This document shows positions 12,591-23,049 of a stretch of 64,000 nucleotides of DNA, one piece after another. Within the stretch, counting starts at the first letter, position 1; each line of letters opens with the position of its first letter. The notes under the pieces are model-generated. The model made no database searches. It saw only the letters and a list, made by a program, of their open reading frames with translations, and was not told the DNA's origin. Source of the DNA: Rhodosorus marinus CCMP1338. Taxonomy: Eukaryota; Plantae; Rhodophyta. Where the stretch lies: assembly GCA_029953675.1 (NCBI GenBank), contig JAMWBK010000006.1:1798001-1862000 (forward strand), given 5' to 3'. A program made the translations under genes and the position numbers.

Positions 12591-14014
12591 CCATAGCACT
12601 AAAAACGGATCCTTTTTGGTGGAACTTTTTTCCGTCTCTGAGTGGAAGCTTTTGGCCATAGACGGATTTTGGGGTCAATTTTCCGAGCCCTATTTCCCGG
12701 TTTTCCAGTGGTTTTTAAAAGCCATTTTCCTCGAACTTGGTATATTTTGATATGCTATTTTGGGGCCTAAAGAGCCCCATTGATGTATTTAAAAAACCAA
12801 TGGCACTGTTTTCCAGTTGTTTGAGGTTTGGATGGAGCGGTTCGAATCAACGGACAGCTACTGATTCAGTCTCTGGCCAATTTATTGAGCGAAAACGGAT
12901 GTCTCTTAAAGAGGAAGAAAAAAAAAAAAGGACACTGATTGTTCGCCGACTTTGGGCTTCTGGCTTCTGGACTCCTTGAAGGACTTCTTTTTTTCTATTG
13001 CGTGCGAGCGGCTATATCGGTAGGAGGCCTCGCCACCCGCACCTACATTTAGTGCTCAGATACGGCGCTGCTGATTCAACAAGGAAGCTGAACTGGAAGG
13101 CTTGCCTGAGAGCAAGATACACAACACCAGCTGGACCTGCCACCAAACGTAGTCCGTACGTAATTTACTGAGTAGAGAGTTGCCCCTGTTTCTCACATCC
13201 GTCCTCGGTCCGTCCTTGGTTCATGGCACATGTCAGGACTGACTGTCGACACATGGGTCGCGTGGAAATTGTAGAAAACTCCGTTGCAACATCGCCCATC
13301 ATCATAGATGCTTCCAAAACCAAAAAGTTAGTTTAAGGACGAGCGAGGCCTCAAAATATGGCTCGGAAGAATTTTCATACATACTTCGAGCAAATCCAGA
13401 GTCTCGCAGATCCTCTCAGCACCTTCTACATACAGGTAGCTGACGCGTTGTCCTGTCTCTGAGAAAACTTCCAGATTAGCCTCTTTCGGCATGGTTTTTG
13501 ATTAAGCTGGAGTATCTCAAGTGCATTCCATACGTTCATTGGCAGATGCCTCGAAATAGTATAACATCATTGGATAATATTAACAGTTATGTTACAAATT
13601 ATCTCATCGGACGGATGTTTGTGTCCAATAGAAGCAAATATACCCATTTCTGGGTTGCTTCGGAGGATTGCTTGTGCGAAAATAATAAATATTTGGTCAT
13701 AAGTTTTGAATTTATCTTTTGACCAATTACATTTGTATCAAGGATATCCATTTTTGAGCTCCGCCTGGGCATTGGTCATTGGCACCCGTTTAGATGCAAA
13801 TATCTGAATCTATTGATAAAAATTGAACGAAAAACAAGGCGCGGCTCGGGTTTCAAGAACGGTGGGGATGGAAAACTGCGTCATCAGCATAGTTTGCTCA
13901 AAAAATTCACTTCCCGGCGCATCATGAGATTAGAAAAAAAAAAGCACTCACAACTTTGCAAAGCTCAGCTTAGTAGCCATCCCCACGATGTCAGAATCTA
14001 TGATCCACCGGCGG

Positions 14015-16386
14015 CTATGACCGGGGTGGAACCTTGGCTGACTGCCTTGTGCATTCCCATAGTCGAAGCGTGTGGTCCGATGATCCAGTGAGGACCTGTT
14101 CCTGGCTGAACCACCTTGACACCTGTATTTGGCCTGTATGCCCCCTTAAGTTTGCTATTGGAGTAGCAACCTGACCATGAATGCGCCATATTTGGACAGT
14201 CATGTCTGCGCTTGCCGACAGCAGCAATTCGGAGTCGTGTCTGTTCCACGCAACTGAGTGAACTCCGAGGCTGTGCCCTCCGATACGCCATGATCTGCCG
14301 CACGAACCGTGGTCGGCGACCGGGGGAAGAATAAGATCTTCTATTGCATACACATGGCCCTCTTCTGTGCCCACGGCCAGCATCGGCGTACTCGCGTTTC
14401 TCCTCCAATCGACGCAGCTCGCATTGAACGTCTGCCTATACATCTCTCGCAACGAAGGCCACTCCACGATGACTATCTTCAAATCGTAAGACGAAAGGGA
14501 TTAGGCGATGTCTGTTAGCTGAGGTGCATGGGCGATGTGTATTGGATGGGTTGTGGCGTTCATACCTCCCGAGTCCCAGTCTCTACGACAGCAGCTCTGC
14601 TCCCGTGCATGTCTTGCGTCCATTGAAAAGCAATTGTGGACTGGTTCATGCCCGTTGGAGCATCTGCTGACGGAGTCTCTGCCCCGCTAAGCGATACCAG
14701 TCGACCGTCGCAGAAAATCAAGTCATCCTCGCTTGTTTGTGAGTGTTCCCATTGCAAGCTTCGAACGCTACTCCGTGGGCCCGTGCTGTGGGTCCACAGC
14801 TCGCTTGCGACTTCCAGTTCGTAGCTCTCCAAATTGAACTGAACAATGTACAATTTTCCCAGGTTCGTTCCGGCTGCCAGATAGCGGGCGTACTCACTGG
14901 TGTATCCGGAATCAGCGGGACAAAACTGGATTCTGGTTGTATGCTCTTTCTTCAGCTTTAGCGAAGCTCTGTTTGCGAAGCTATTGCTCGCACCAGACAC
15001 TCCGGAGCGATCCTCGTGGGAGAGAACCCAAACCTGTCCATCGCCCACCCCTACGGCGACGAAGTTTCGGTCATGGGATACGTCCAGACAAGTGATGTAA
15101 CCGGCCACGAAATTAGACCATATGTGGTCTAGTTGAGGGCCAAAAGCTGCAAGTCTCCAAGACCGCAGCGTTCTATCCATGGAGACGGAAAATATTCTCG
15201 TCGGGTACTCATTTGTTGAACTCAGCAGTTTCAGCGAGAAGATACTAGATCCATGCGCATCCTCTGATAGAAACGGTTCGGGTGAGGCACCAGTCGCCAC
15301 CTCATCCAGCTTAAAATGAGCGAGACTATGTTCCGGCGTGGAGGAAACAATCTCGGTATCAGATATCCACAGCGCTGCGGTCCATGTGGCTGCACCCTGC
15401 TTTGGAATGCTCAGCCGCTGAGAAAGTTCGAGTCGCTGCGTCTCGTCCTAGGGAAGGAGGGCAAGCCAAATTTCAGCTTTTCTACCCTGCCGATCTGCTT
15501 TGCCATAGAAATTTCGATCTTTCTCACCAGGCTACCATTTTCCAGAGAGAGCCTCCAGACAGTAACACAGGTTTGCTGTGCTGTTAGGAGCCGATTTCGA
15601 TCCGGACTCCACTCCATCGCCGTCACAGCAGATTTCGATTCGAAATCAGCAGAGGCCAGTGTGCGTCCTGTCAGAACGTCAAAGACTACGACATATCCAC
15701 TAGGACTGGTAGCGGCGGCCACTCTTACTCCATCTCCACGAAAGAACCTGTCGGTCACGGTTTGTACTTCCATGAGTGTGATCGAAATCTGTGCGGATGA
15801 ACTCTTCCCTGCGGTAACGGATGCAGACCAACCTTTCGTTTGGGGCTGAAATTGTTTCAAAAACCCCTTCCAAGAGCTCCGTTTGTTCAGGTCTATCTGA
15901 AACCAAGCTGAAGCTGTAAAGACTTCCCTTTCTCCCACGACTAGATGCAGCCCCAGCCAGCAATACATGCGGAGCTGTGGACGGAAATTCTAGGGATTTT
16001 ATAGCGTGACCCTTCAGAGGATCAAATCTTCTGGTTTCGCTTCTGCTGTCTGCATCCCAAACTCGAATTTGACCATTCGAGCTTCCAGTTGCCAAGATAT
16101 GTCGAAGTCCCAGCGCCGAGTTGAATCGAACCGAAGTAATCCGTTCTTTTCCGCCAATTTTCAGCTCCTAAAGACGGATTGATCGGCGAAGAAACCCCAA
16201 CGCATGAGCCCGGGAACAACTCAAGCCTCAGCGGATTGAGCAACTCACCCCGATGACCCCACCATTGTCGGTTTCCAAGAACGTCACAGTATTACGTGTT
16301 GCTACTGCTACGGAAACTCCATAGTAGTCTATGTCAAAGCACGAAGAAGAGTACCAGTTCGGAGCTGGATGCAGCAAAATATTCAT
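14015..16386 (-). CDS. GEMIN5: Gemin5-like WD40 protein (double-propeller region only)
   Basis: Start MNILLHPAPNWYSSSCFD..VAVATRNTVTFL matches the Gemin5 PSPNWY N-terminus. Also AGYITCLDVS..VAVGVGDGQVWV, LAVGTEEG, GHSLGVHSVAW..LLSASAD and NLRGH..LTGSSDHTLRLW. Stop at 14015. Confidence 0.8.
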
Positions 16387-16682
16387 CAGCCGTTAAAGCT
16401 ACAGCCGATCCACATCAGGACGCCTTGATCCAGGGGCCGTTAACCATCTCCACAAAGAGTACTGGCACGCGGCGGAAACCAACGCAAGAAAAACATCAGT
16501 TCTGAAAAAAGCTCCACCAGACCCGACATCCTGTCGATATCCTCTCCCAGATTCCATCGCTATCTTTCTTAACGATCTGGACGGCTGGAATACCCTGCAT
16601 AGTACTGGAAGCACCAAAAGCTGATTCGCACGAGCGTTATCCAAACGTGTCTCAGCACCCCTTCTTGTGGAGGCTGAAGCTG

Positions 16683-16916
16683 ATGAAAGTCAGAGGGCTC
16701 ACTGAAGGCCACATTGTGGCACCAACAGGTTGATCGTAGTTTCTTACATGAAATTTCTAACCATGTACGCACACAGAGATCGGTATAGGATGTGACGGCA
16801 GAATGCTGGTCGTTCCCCCCAGAAACAGCAGTGTATTCTGTTTGGGTTGCGGAAGCAGCGTGCTTCTCAAAGTCTACGAAAAGCAGCGAGTAGATCTGAA
16901 AGACACTTTGGATTGA
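16683..16916 (+). CDS. Candidate small zinc-ribbon-like protein (about 61 aa, 2 exons)
   Basis: ATG at 16683. A 48-nt intron at 16729-16776 has a CTAAC branch site and a CAG acceptor. The second exon encodes GCDGRMLVVPPRNSSVFCLGCGSSVLLKVYEK. The donor (GTTGAT) is weak. Confidence 0.3.
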
Positions 16917-17024
16917 GGACCGTGGTGTGTTAGGCGAGTGCTGGGTGACCACGTGCGATGAGTAAGAAATCTATTGCCAGTGAATTTAGTTTAGTTGTTT
17001 GCTACAGAAGGAAAGCTCCTAGTT

Positions 17025-17714
17025 TTATACACGTCTCGGTTTCTTGGCCCTCTGTCCATTGAATGGGCAACGCGACGTGTCACTGATAACGCGAATCCAC
17101 ATGCCGTGCTCCCTCATTGCTTTTACAATTTGTTCCCGTCCCCGCCCGACCCCCTTAAATCTCACGGATGCAGTTTTGTAACCTCGATCCATTACGATTA
17201 TAGCAAGGTGTTTCCCGACATGGTAGGCACTTGTTGCTTGACCGCGTTTACAGTTCTGTTAGTCAAAGAAGATGTTTTAAACCAAAGGATTAGCACGTGC
17301 TAGTGCTGTTCGTTTCGACATCAAAAGTCCATACGATATGACAAAACAACGTACGAGATAACCTAGTTTTCCCGCGCTCGAATCTTTAATCAACCTTCCG
17401 CCGACATCATTCACCATACAAATGGTGTTGTTCATGGACAACTTGTAGTGGAATACCGCATGCTCCTTCAATCTCTTCTTCAATTCCTCCCTCGCGGCTG
17501 CCGACATTTTCAACAAATCCTGGTTTCTGTATAGGCCCAACTCTTCCGCAGTATATCGCGTATAAAAATTTCCGTATCGATGTGAAAGGGTCCCTTCCTG
17601 ACTCCCATAAACCCCATGAATTAAGCCACGCGTCCACTTTCCCCCCATTGGAGCCAAACCAGGTCTCACGACCTGAGTTCGTACCAATGAACTAAGCAGA
17701 CCCCTGCTAATCAT
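17025..17714 (-). CDS. rps11: Nuclear-encoded mitochondrial-type ribosomal protein uS11 (2 exons)
   Basis: HYKLSMNNTICMVNDVGGRLIKDSSAGKLGY, then an intron, then SVRFKGVGRGRE..ISDTSRCPFNGQRAKKPRRV*. The N-terminal extension is Arg/Ser/Leu-rich and presequence-like. Confidence 0.9.
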
Positions 17715-18469
17715 TTTAGATCCAAAGTCTAACGATCAAAAACTTCGTCCGAAGACCATTGCCATAGCCTCACCAGATCTCCCATCTCTCACCCACCCAA
17801 TTCTCCCTCACCAGCTTTCTCCCCACCCCACCACCCCCCCTTCCCAGGCATTCACGCACGTTGTTTTCACCAAAATATTTGACTAAAATAGTTACTAATG
17901 CAATGACTAACCATATTAAATCAACTTTTTGAAATAATTTAGTAGAATATTTGAGTAATTGGGATCCAAGAGCTCCGTATCAATATTGGACAAGAAATTT
18001 GACTAACCACATCTAAAATAATAATTTAATAATAACTTAGTCAGAAATTTTGAGTACAAAACGGTAAACTGGGCGGAGTAGAATTGTAGAGAGGGTACCA
18101 GGTTTCGGCCTTAGGAAACGACAGGCACCCTAGTGGATAAGATTGAGAGAGGTGACTCTGCTGCAAAGGCACACTGACTTACATTCCTGTCGTGGAACCC
18201 GAAACCGAATCAAGAGGTCTTGTACAAGGGACGAACTTAGTCTGGTACTTTAATGAGGGTGGGCCGGTGCACCGTGAGAAAGGGGGAGGAAGACAGCCGT
18301 TGACAGTAGATGGGATGGAAACGAAGTGGGGTACAGATTTGATAGTGTAGAAAGTTTCTGTTGTTTTTTTGTTTTTTTTGGATAAGATAGTCTTCACTTC
18401 ACTGGCTCCACGAGCATAGGTTTTAAGTGTTCTGTGGGGATGACGAGTATTGGTATTGGGGAGTGAAGG

Positions 18470-19692
18470 ATGTTTAGGTCAGTTCAAGTGCGGTGGCTGG
18501 TTTTGCTGCTGTACGTTTTGGGAGTTGGGCGAGTTGTCTGTATTTATCATCCCGAGCTCCAGGGCTTGCAGTTTGATGAGGTGGTTAATGGAGAGAAGCA
18601 CGCTCTTGTCCACTGGTATGCGCCTTTTTGCGCTCACTGCAGGGAGTTTAAGCCTGAGTTTGAGCTGCTCGGAAAGACCTTCGAGGACACCGGCAACGTT
18701 GTTATTGTAAGAATAAATGGACGAAAGTATAGTGGCTTGTCGAAGAGGTATAAAGTGAATGGGTATCCGACGGTGATGTGGTTTGAGAAAGGAAAACGGA
18801 CAACAGAATTCTCCGATGAGATCGAAGACGTTTCTCATCTGAGAACTGCGCGAGCTCTGGCGTCGTTCATAAAGACCCGTTCGGGAGCAAATGTGGCCTT
18901 ACCTAAGAGTCAAACGAATGTGGTCAACCTGAATGAAAAACGCTTTAAAGAGGTCGTCTTGAATGAGACTGCAGACGTCCTGGTTTGCTTCTTTCCGCCA
19001 GAAGGCAAAAATCACAAGAAAACACGCGAATTGATTTCAAAGTTGGCAGATCTTTATGCAGACGAGGACTACGTAACGATGGCGTCTGTGCAATGTACCA
19101 AGAATGAGAGCATATGCGAGACGTACGGAGTAAGAAGTTCACCTGTACTGCTGTGGTTTGGAAGAGAATCTAAATCGAAGCCAGAAATCTACATCGGACT
19201 CTTAAATATCAAATTTCTCACGAGCTATGTGAACGAGAAGTCTGGATCAGATATATCAGAGGCCGGCCACATTGTCGAAAGGGGAGGTCTTGTCGAGGAG
19301 TACAGCGTTCTCATCGAAAGATTTCTGAGTGCTGCGGAAGCCCCCAGGGAGCAAATTCTGCAGGAAATGAAGCAGATGCGCGAACAGTTCCAAAGCAGGA
19401 AGAAAATGAACTCAGAGTACTACGTGAGTATAGCTGAAAATGTGCTCAAAACCGGAGAAGAATATCTTTCGAGTGAAGTAGCCAGGTAAGGCTCACCCCT
19501 GACATCGCCTGTCGCTTCCTAATTTGCATGAACTCAGACAGTTTCCGCCACCTTTTCTGTGACTTTTCTAGAACGGGGCAGGAACTAGTCTTCTCGGAGC
19601 TATCAAGCGCAGAGGCCAAGAACTTGAGACGGTACTCTAACGTGCTCAACGATTTCAGAAGGGTTCCAAAGGAAGACAAGGATGAGCTCTAA
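18470..19692 (+). CDS. Protein disulfide isomerase, ERp38/PDIA6-like (Trx-Trx-ERp29-like C-terminus), ER-retained (2 exons)
   Basis: Signal peptide and WYAPFCAHC active site. The second Trx fold lacks CxxC. The spliced last exon ends KDEL* at 19692. Confidence 0.9.
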
Positions 19693-19761
19693 CATCGACT
19701 ACCAACCAAAGTACTCGCGACTAACTGAATCATACTAACCGTTCGGGTACATACTAAAATT

Positions 19762-20920
19762 TCAATTCCCAGAAAGTACTGTGGAGACTCTGTTTGCGGT
19801 AATCGATGCGTCCAAAGAGGGATCGCTGGGGTCGTGTTTGGAAGACTCAGCGGCCAGGCACATGACAATAGGCCACTTTTCGCTACCCCACTGACTTTGT
19901 GTATACCGTCTAGTCACTGTGGGACCCCACCCTGCCTTTGGACACACTCAGAGTTGGGTGGGCTCAGGAAATATATGAGAACTTGATGAATCAGAGTTCA
20001 TCAAGTTCTCATATGTTTCCTGTGTGCGTTGAAAGCTCAGTCCTCATAGCAACACTGCTGTTTCCACTGCCAGGCCACGTGCACTGCTACAATACCCAAG
20101 ACTGCTTGATGCAGATCATTTAATTGTATCCCAGAGTTCGATCCGTGTGTGAATGACCCGACAAGATACCGATGGATTGAGGATAGCCATTTCAGTATAT
20201 TTTCGTTCAGGGAACAATCGTTTGTCCAAGTCAATCTCTTCACCACGTCCAAGCCCTATCCAGACTGAGGTTCATGGTTTCACCAGTACCGAGAGCGGCG
20301 ATAACCGACCAGCTCGATGTGAGGAGCCATTTAAAAGACTCCAGTAGTTGTTTCTTGCAGTAAGGAAGTAGCAGAAAAAGCATAGATCAATCTATGACTG
20401 CAAATTCTCTTTGAACCCAGATCAACAGCTTCAGCGCGCTCGATTCGCGGGTCAAAACTGGCAAAGGCTTTCTGGGGTTGAAAAGGGAACCCTGAAGCAG
20501 TCAAACAAAACAGAAATTAGAGTTTCTGTATGTGAAGATCAAAGCACGACGCTGGCGCATCTTCAAGGACTCATCGGACCTAACTAGTAGGTCTAATTCT
20601 AGAATCAGATGGATAAGGAAGCGTTTTGACTACTGAACTGTTACCCAACCTCGGACTTGAAAGTTTAGCTCATCCAGTATTCCAGCTCTATCTTCAGACC
20701 GTTTGGGAATCGGGAGCCGACCGGCGATCGGGGAAGGAGTGGCTTTGGTAGAGAAGTTGTCAGTGCCTGGTTTCTTCTCTGAGCGGGAGGGTTTTCTGTC
20801 TCTCGGTCTTAGGTCGAAGCAGGATCTGTTCGGACTTGATCTTGTCTGAGTCTTTGGTGCTGAAGTTGAATATAATCTAGGTATGATGGTGCAGGGTCTG
20901 CGATCATCGACTGGATTCAT
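19762..20920 (-). CDS. Possible intron-rich hypothetical gene
   Basis: ORF 20630-20920 ends at a GT donor. Downstream open segments include ELDLLVRSDESLKMRQRRALIF and GEEIDLDKRLFPERKYTEMAILNPS. I could not fully assemble it. Confidence 0.25.
19965..20022. repeat. 26-bp inverted repeat with a 6-nt loop
   Basis: CAGGAAATATATGAGAACTTGATGAA-TCAGAG-TTCATCAAGTTCTCATATGTTTCCTG: 25 of 26 pairs are Watson-Crick and one is T.G. Confidence 0.92.
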
Positions 20921-22454
20921 CGTCCAGTCGCCAATGAACCTGATGCGGTGTTTCTATCCAGGATCGTCGGGATCGTCTTGGTCGAATCGGTTTCAGAGAC
21001 AGATGACGACGCTTTCAGCAGTTGGACCTGGCAAACCACCACCGCCGAATGTGAACTGGCGGGGTGACTGGGGTGGCCAACCAGGTGATAAAGGATCTGC
21101 CCGTGACCGACTTTTGGCGCATATGAGAGAAACGGACAATGTAAGGAGTGGAAAGACCAACCTGGATCGAGACTCGGCCACGTATACTCGCTTTGTGAGC
21201 TATAATGTGCTGTCGTCCCATCTTTCTACGACGACAACGTTTCCAGCGTGTGATCCTGATTCGCTGCTTGAGGAGAACCGATTGCAGAAATTAACAATCA
21301 AACTGGAAAGAGAAATCACGTTCAGGAGCGTTGTTTGCCTCCAGGAGGTTTCCATCAAGTGGAGCGGTGCTCTGCATACCTTTTTTTCCAAGAACGGATA
21401 CCATTTTGTTTTCTCCGGATACGGAAACCACTTCAACGGATACATGGGAGTGGGAATCGCGGTCCCTGTTCATGATTTCGACATTCTGGATGTCGATTTG
21501 TCAAGGTTAGCAGATTCCGCATCTCTTTTACCACCGGAGTTCTTGCTTCTCAGCTTGATCGCTTCTCCAAAATCGGCCTTCAGGGTTTCGGACACGAAGA
21601 GCTGGCCCCGGACTCCGAAGGAGGAATTGTCCGGGATCAGCAAGGTCTGGAAGGATTTCACGTCTACGAGATTTGGAAAAGCCATGTTCCCCAAAGAAAG
21701 GGCTCCAGATTCTGCGTACTGGGCAGCAAAGAAACGGCACAACATCGTCGTTTTTGCCAGGCTGCGTTCGAAGAGAAATGGTCACGTCGTTTGCGTTGCA
21801 AACTACCACATGCCCTGCGCGTACATGCAGCAGGGCTTGATGGTCATTCATTTATCTCTTGTTGTGAACCAGGTCCAGAAGCTTTGTGGAGCAGATCCGT
21901 TAGTCTTTTGTGGTAAGGGTCGTACTGTCTGGCTGCCAAAACTGATTACACGCGTCCTGCTTGCTGTCGACTCATACCAGAAACTCTTTCTTTTATTTCT
22001 AGGCGATTTCAATATGCAACCTGACCAAGGCCTTTACAACATGGTAGTTCAGGGAATTGTGCCGAAAGATCTGGACCCCGAGGTCCCTGCCTACGACCCA
22101 TGGCTTCCCACAGCTCCGGAGAAGCTTCTCAGCACCTACAAGGAGTTCACAGGATCTGAACCTGAGTTCACCAACTATGCCAAGACGGGGGATAACCCGG
22201 AGTTCTGCGCCACCCTAGATTACATATTCATATCTCCAGATCTCGAAGTTGTGGACGTCGAATCCCTTCCAACTCAGGAGGAAGTTGCTGGACCTCTTCC
22301 AAACGAAGAAGAACCATCAGACCACTTGTTGATTGCTGCAACGATTCGGATTTCTGATAAGCAAGACAGGAAGCCGGACAATGACGACGAGGATAACCAA
22401 GGAGAAGACATCTCAGGTTCAGACGCAGTACCGAAAGTGGAAAGCAAGCCATGA
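20883..22454 (+). CDS. CCR4/nocturnin/angel-like exonuclease-endonuclease-phosphatase (two in-frame introns: 21506-21583, 21913-22002)
   Basis: Motifs VSYNVL, VCLQEV, ANYHMP, CGDFN, TLDYIF and PSDH. The true start may be the Met at 20934. Confidence 0.9.
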   Translation: MMVQGLRSSTGFIVQSPMNLMRCFYPGSSGSSWSNRFQRQMTTLSAVGPGKPPPPNVNWRGDWGGQPGDKGSARDRLLAHMRETDNVRSGKTNLDRDSATYTRFVSYNVLSSHLSTTTTFPACDPDSLLEENRLQKLTIKLEREITFRSVVCLQEVSIKWSGALHTFFSKNGYHFVFSGYGNHFNGYMGVGIAVPVHDFDILDVDLSRLADSASLLPPEFLLLSLIASPKSAFRVSDTKSWPRTPKEELSGISKVWKDFTSTRFGKAMFPKERAPDSAYWAAKKRHNIVVFARLRSKRNGHVVCVANYHMPCAYMQQGLMVIHLSLVVNQVQKLCGADPLVFCGKGRTVWLPKLITRVLLAVDSYQKLFLLFLGDFNMQPDQGLYNMVVQGIVPKDLDPEVPAYDPWLPTAPEKLLSTYKEFTGSEPEFTNYAKTGDNPEFCATLDYIFISPDLEVVDVESLPTQEEVAGPLPNEEEPSDHLLIAATIRISDKQDRKPDNDDEDNQGEDISGSDAVPKVESKP

Positions 22455-22781
22455 AGATTCGTTCTTGAACATCATTTTTGACGAGTGTCGAACTAATCTT
22501 GATCTTTCGCCCGCGGAGGATCCAAAAACTTCCTAAGGGACTCCTGCCAGGGGCTATCAGACGTTGAGAAGGACATGGGCTTGAGGCGAGGAGCTCATGC
22601 TCCTGATACCGATGGGCACACACGCACACAACGCTACTGAGGTTTTGTTACTGGAACAGTTGTACATAGCAGGATGATCCTTTTGATAAGAGTCAATAGG
22701 CAAAAGAACGTATTTACATCATATGTACATAAAGAGAGATTCCTGTAGAAAAATGAATTCTAAGTGCCAAATACCAGCAGA

Positions 22782-23017
22782 CTAAATACCGAAGTCCTGA
22801 TCCATCGGGGGCGTCATTGCAAGCATTTCATCGATTTCCGCAAGCGCATCGTCAACCACCTTCGCCGACGGGGAATCAACAGGCACGCTCGGCGAGGGCA
22901 TCTGCATTGTTCGCGACTGCTGGGATCCTTGGACTGCGTCTTGAGGCGAGATGTGGGCTTGCGGTTGGTTTTGTTTGACAGGTTGCGGTGCACTGTTTGC
23001 GTGCGCCGCCTGCTGCT

Positions 23018-23049
<32 letters not shown>

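Noticed and set aside
12836-12850. GGTTCGAATC motif in intergenic DNA
   Set aside because: No T-stem pairing or cloverleaf can be built around it.
16395-16450. In-frame TGA in PWIKAS*CGSAV upstream of Gemin5 (possible selenocysteine)
   Set aside because: The real Gemin5 start lies in another frame at 16386, and no SECIS or selenoprotein motif is evident.
21506-22002. Stopless introns of 3n length (both CCR4-like introns at 78 and 90 nt; also CHC 4860-4937 and MYB 35244-35330)
   Set aside because: For introns of about 80 nt, roughly one in ten is expected to be 3n and stop-free by chance, so a handful among dozens is unremarkable without retention data.
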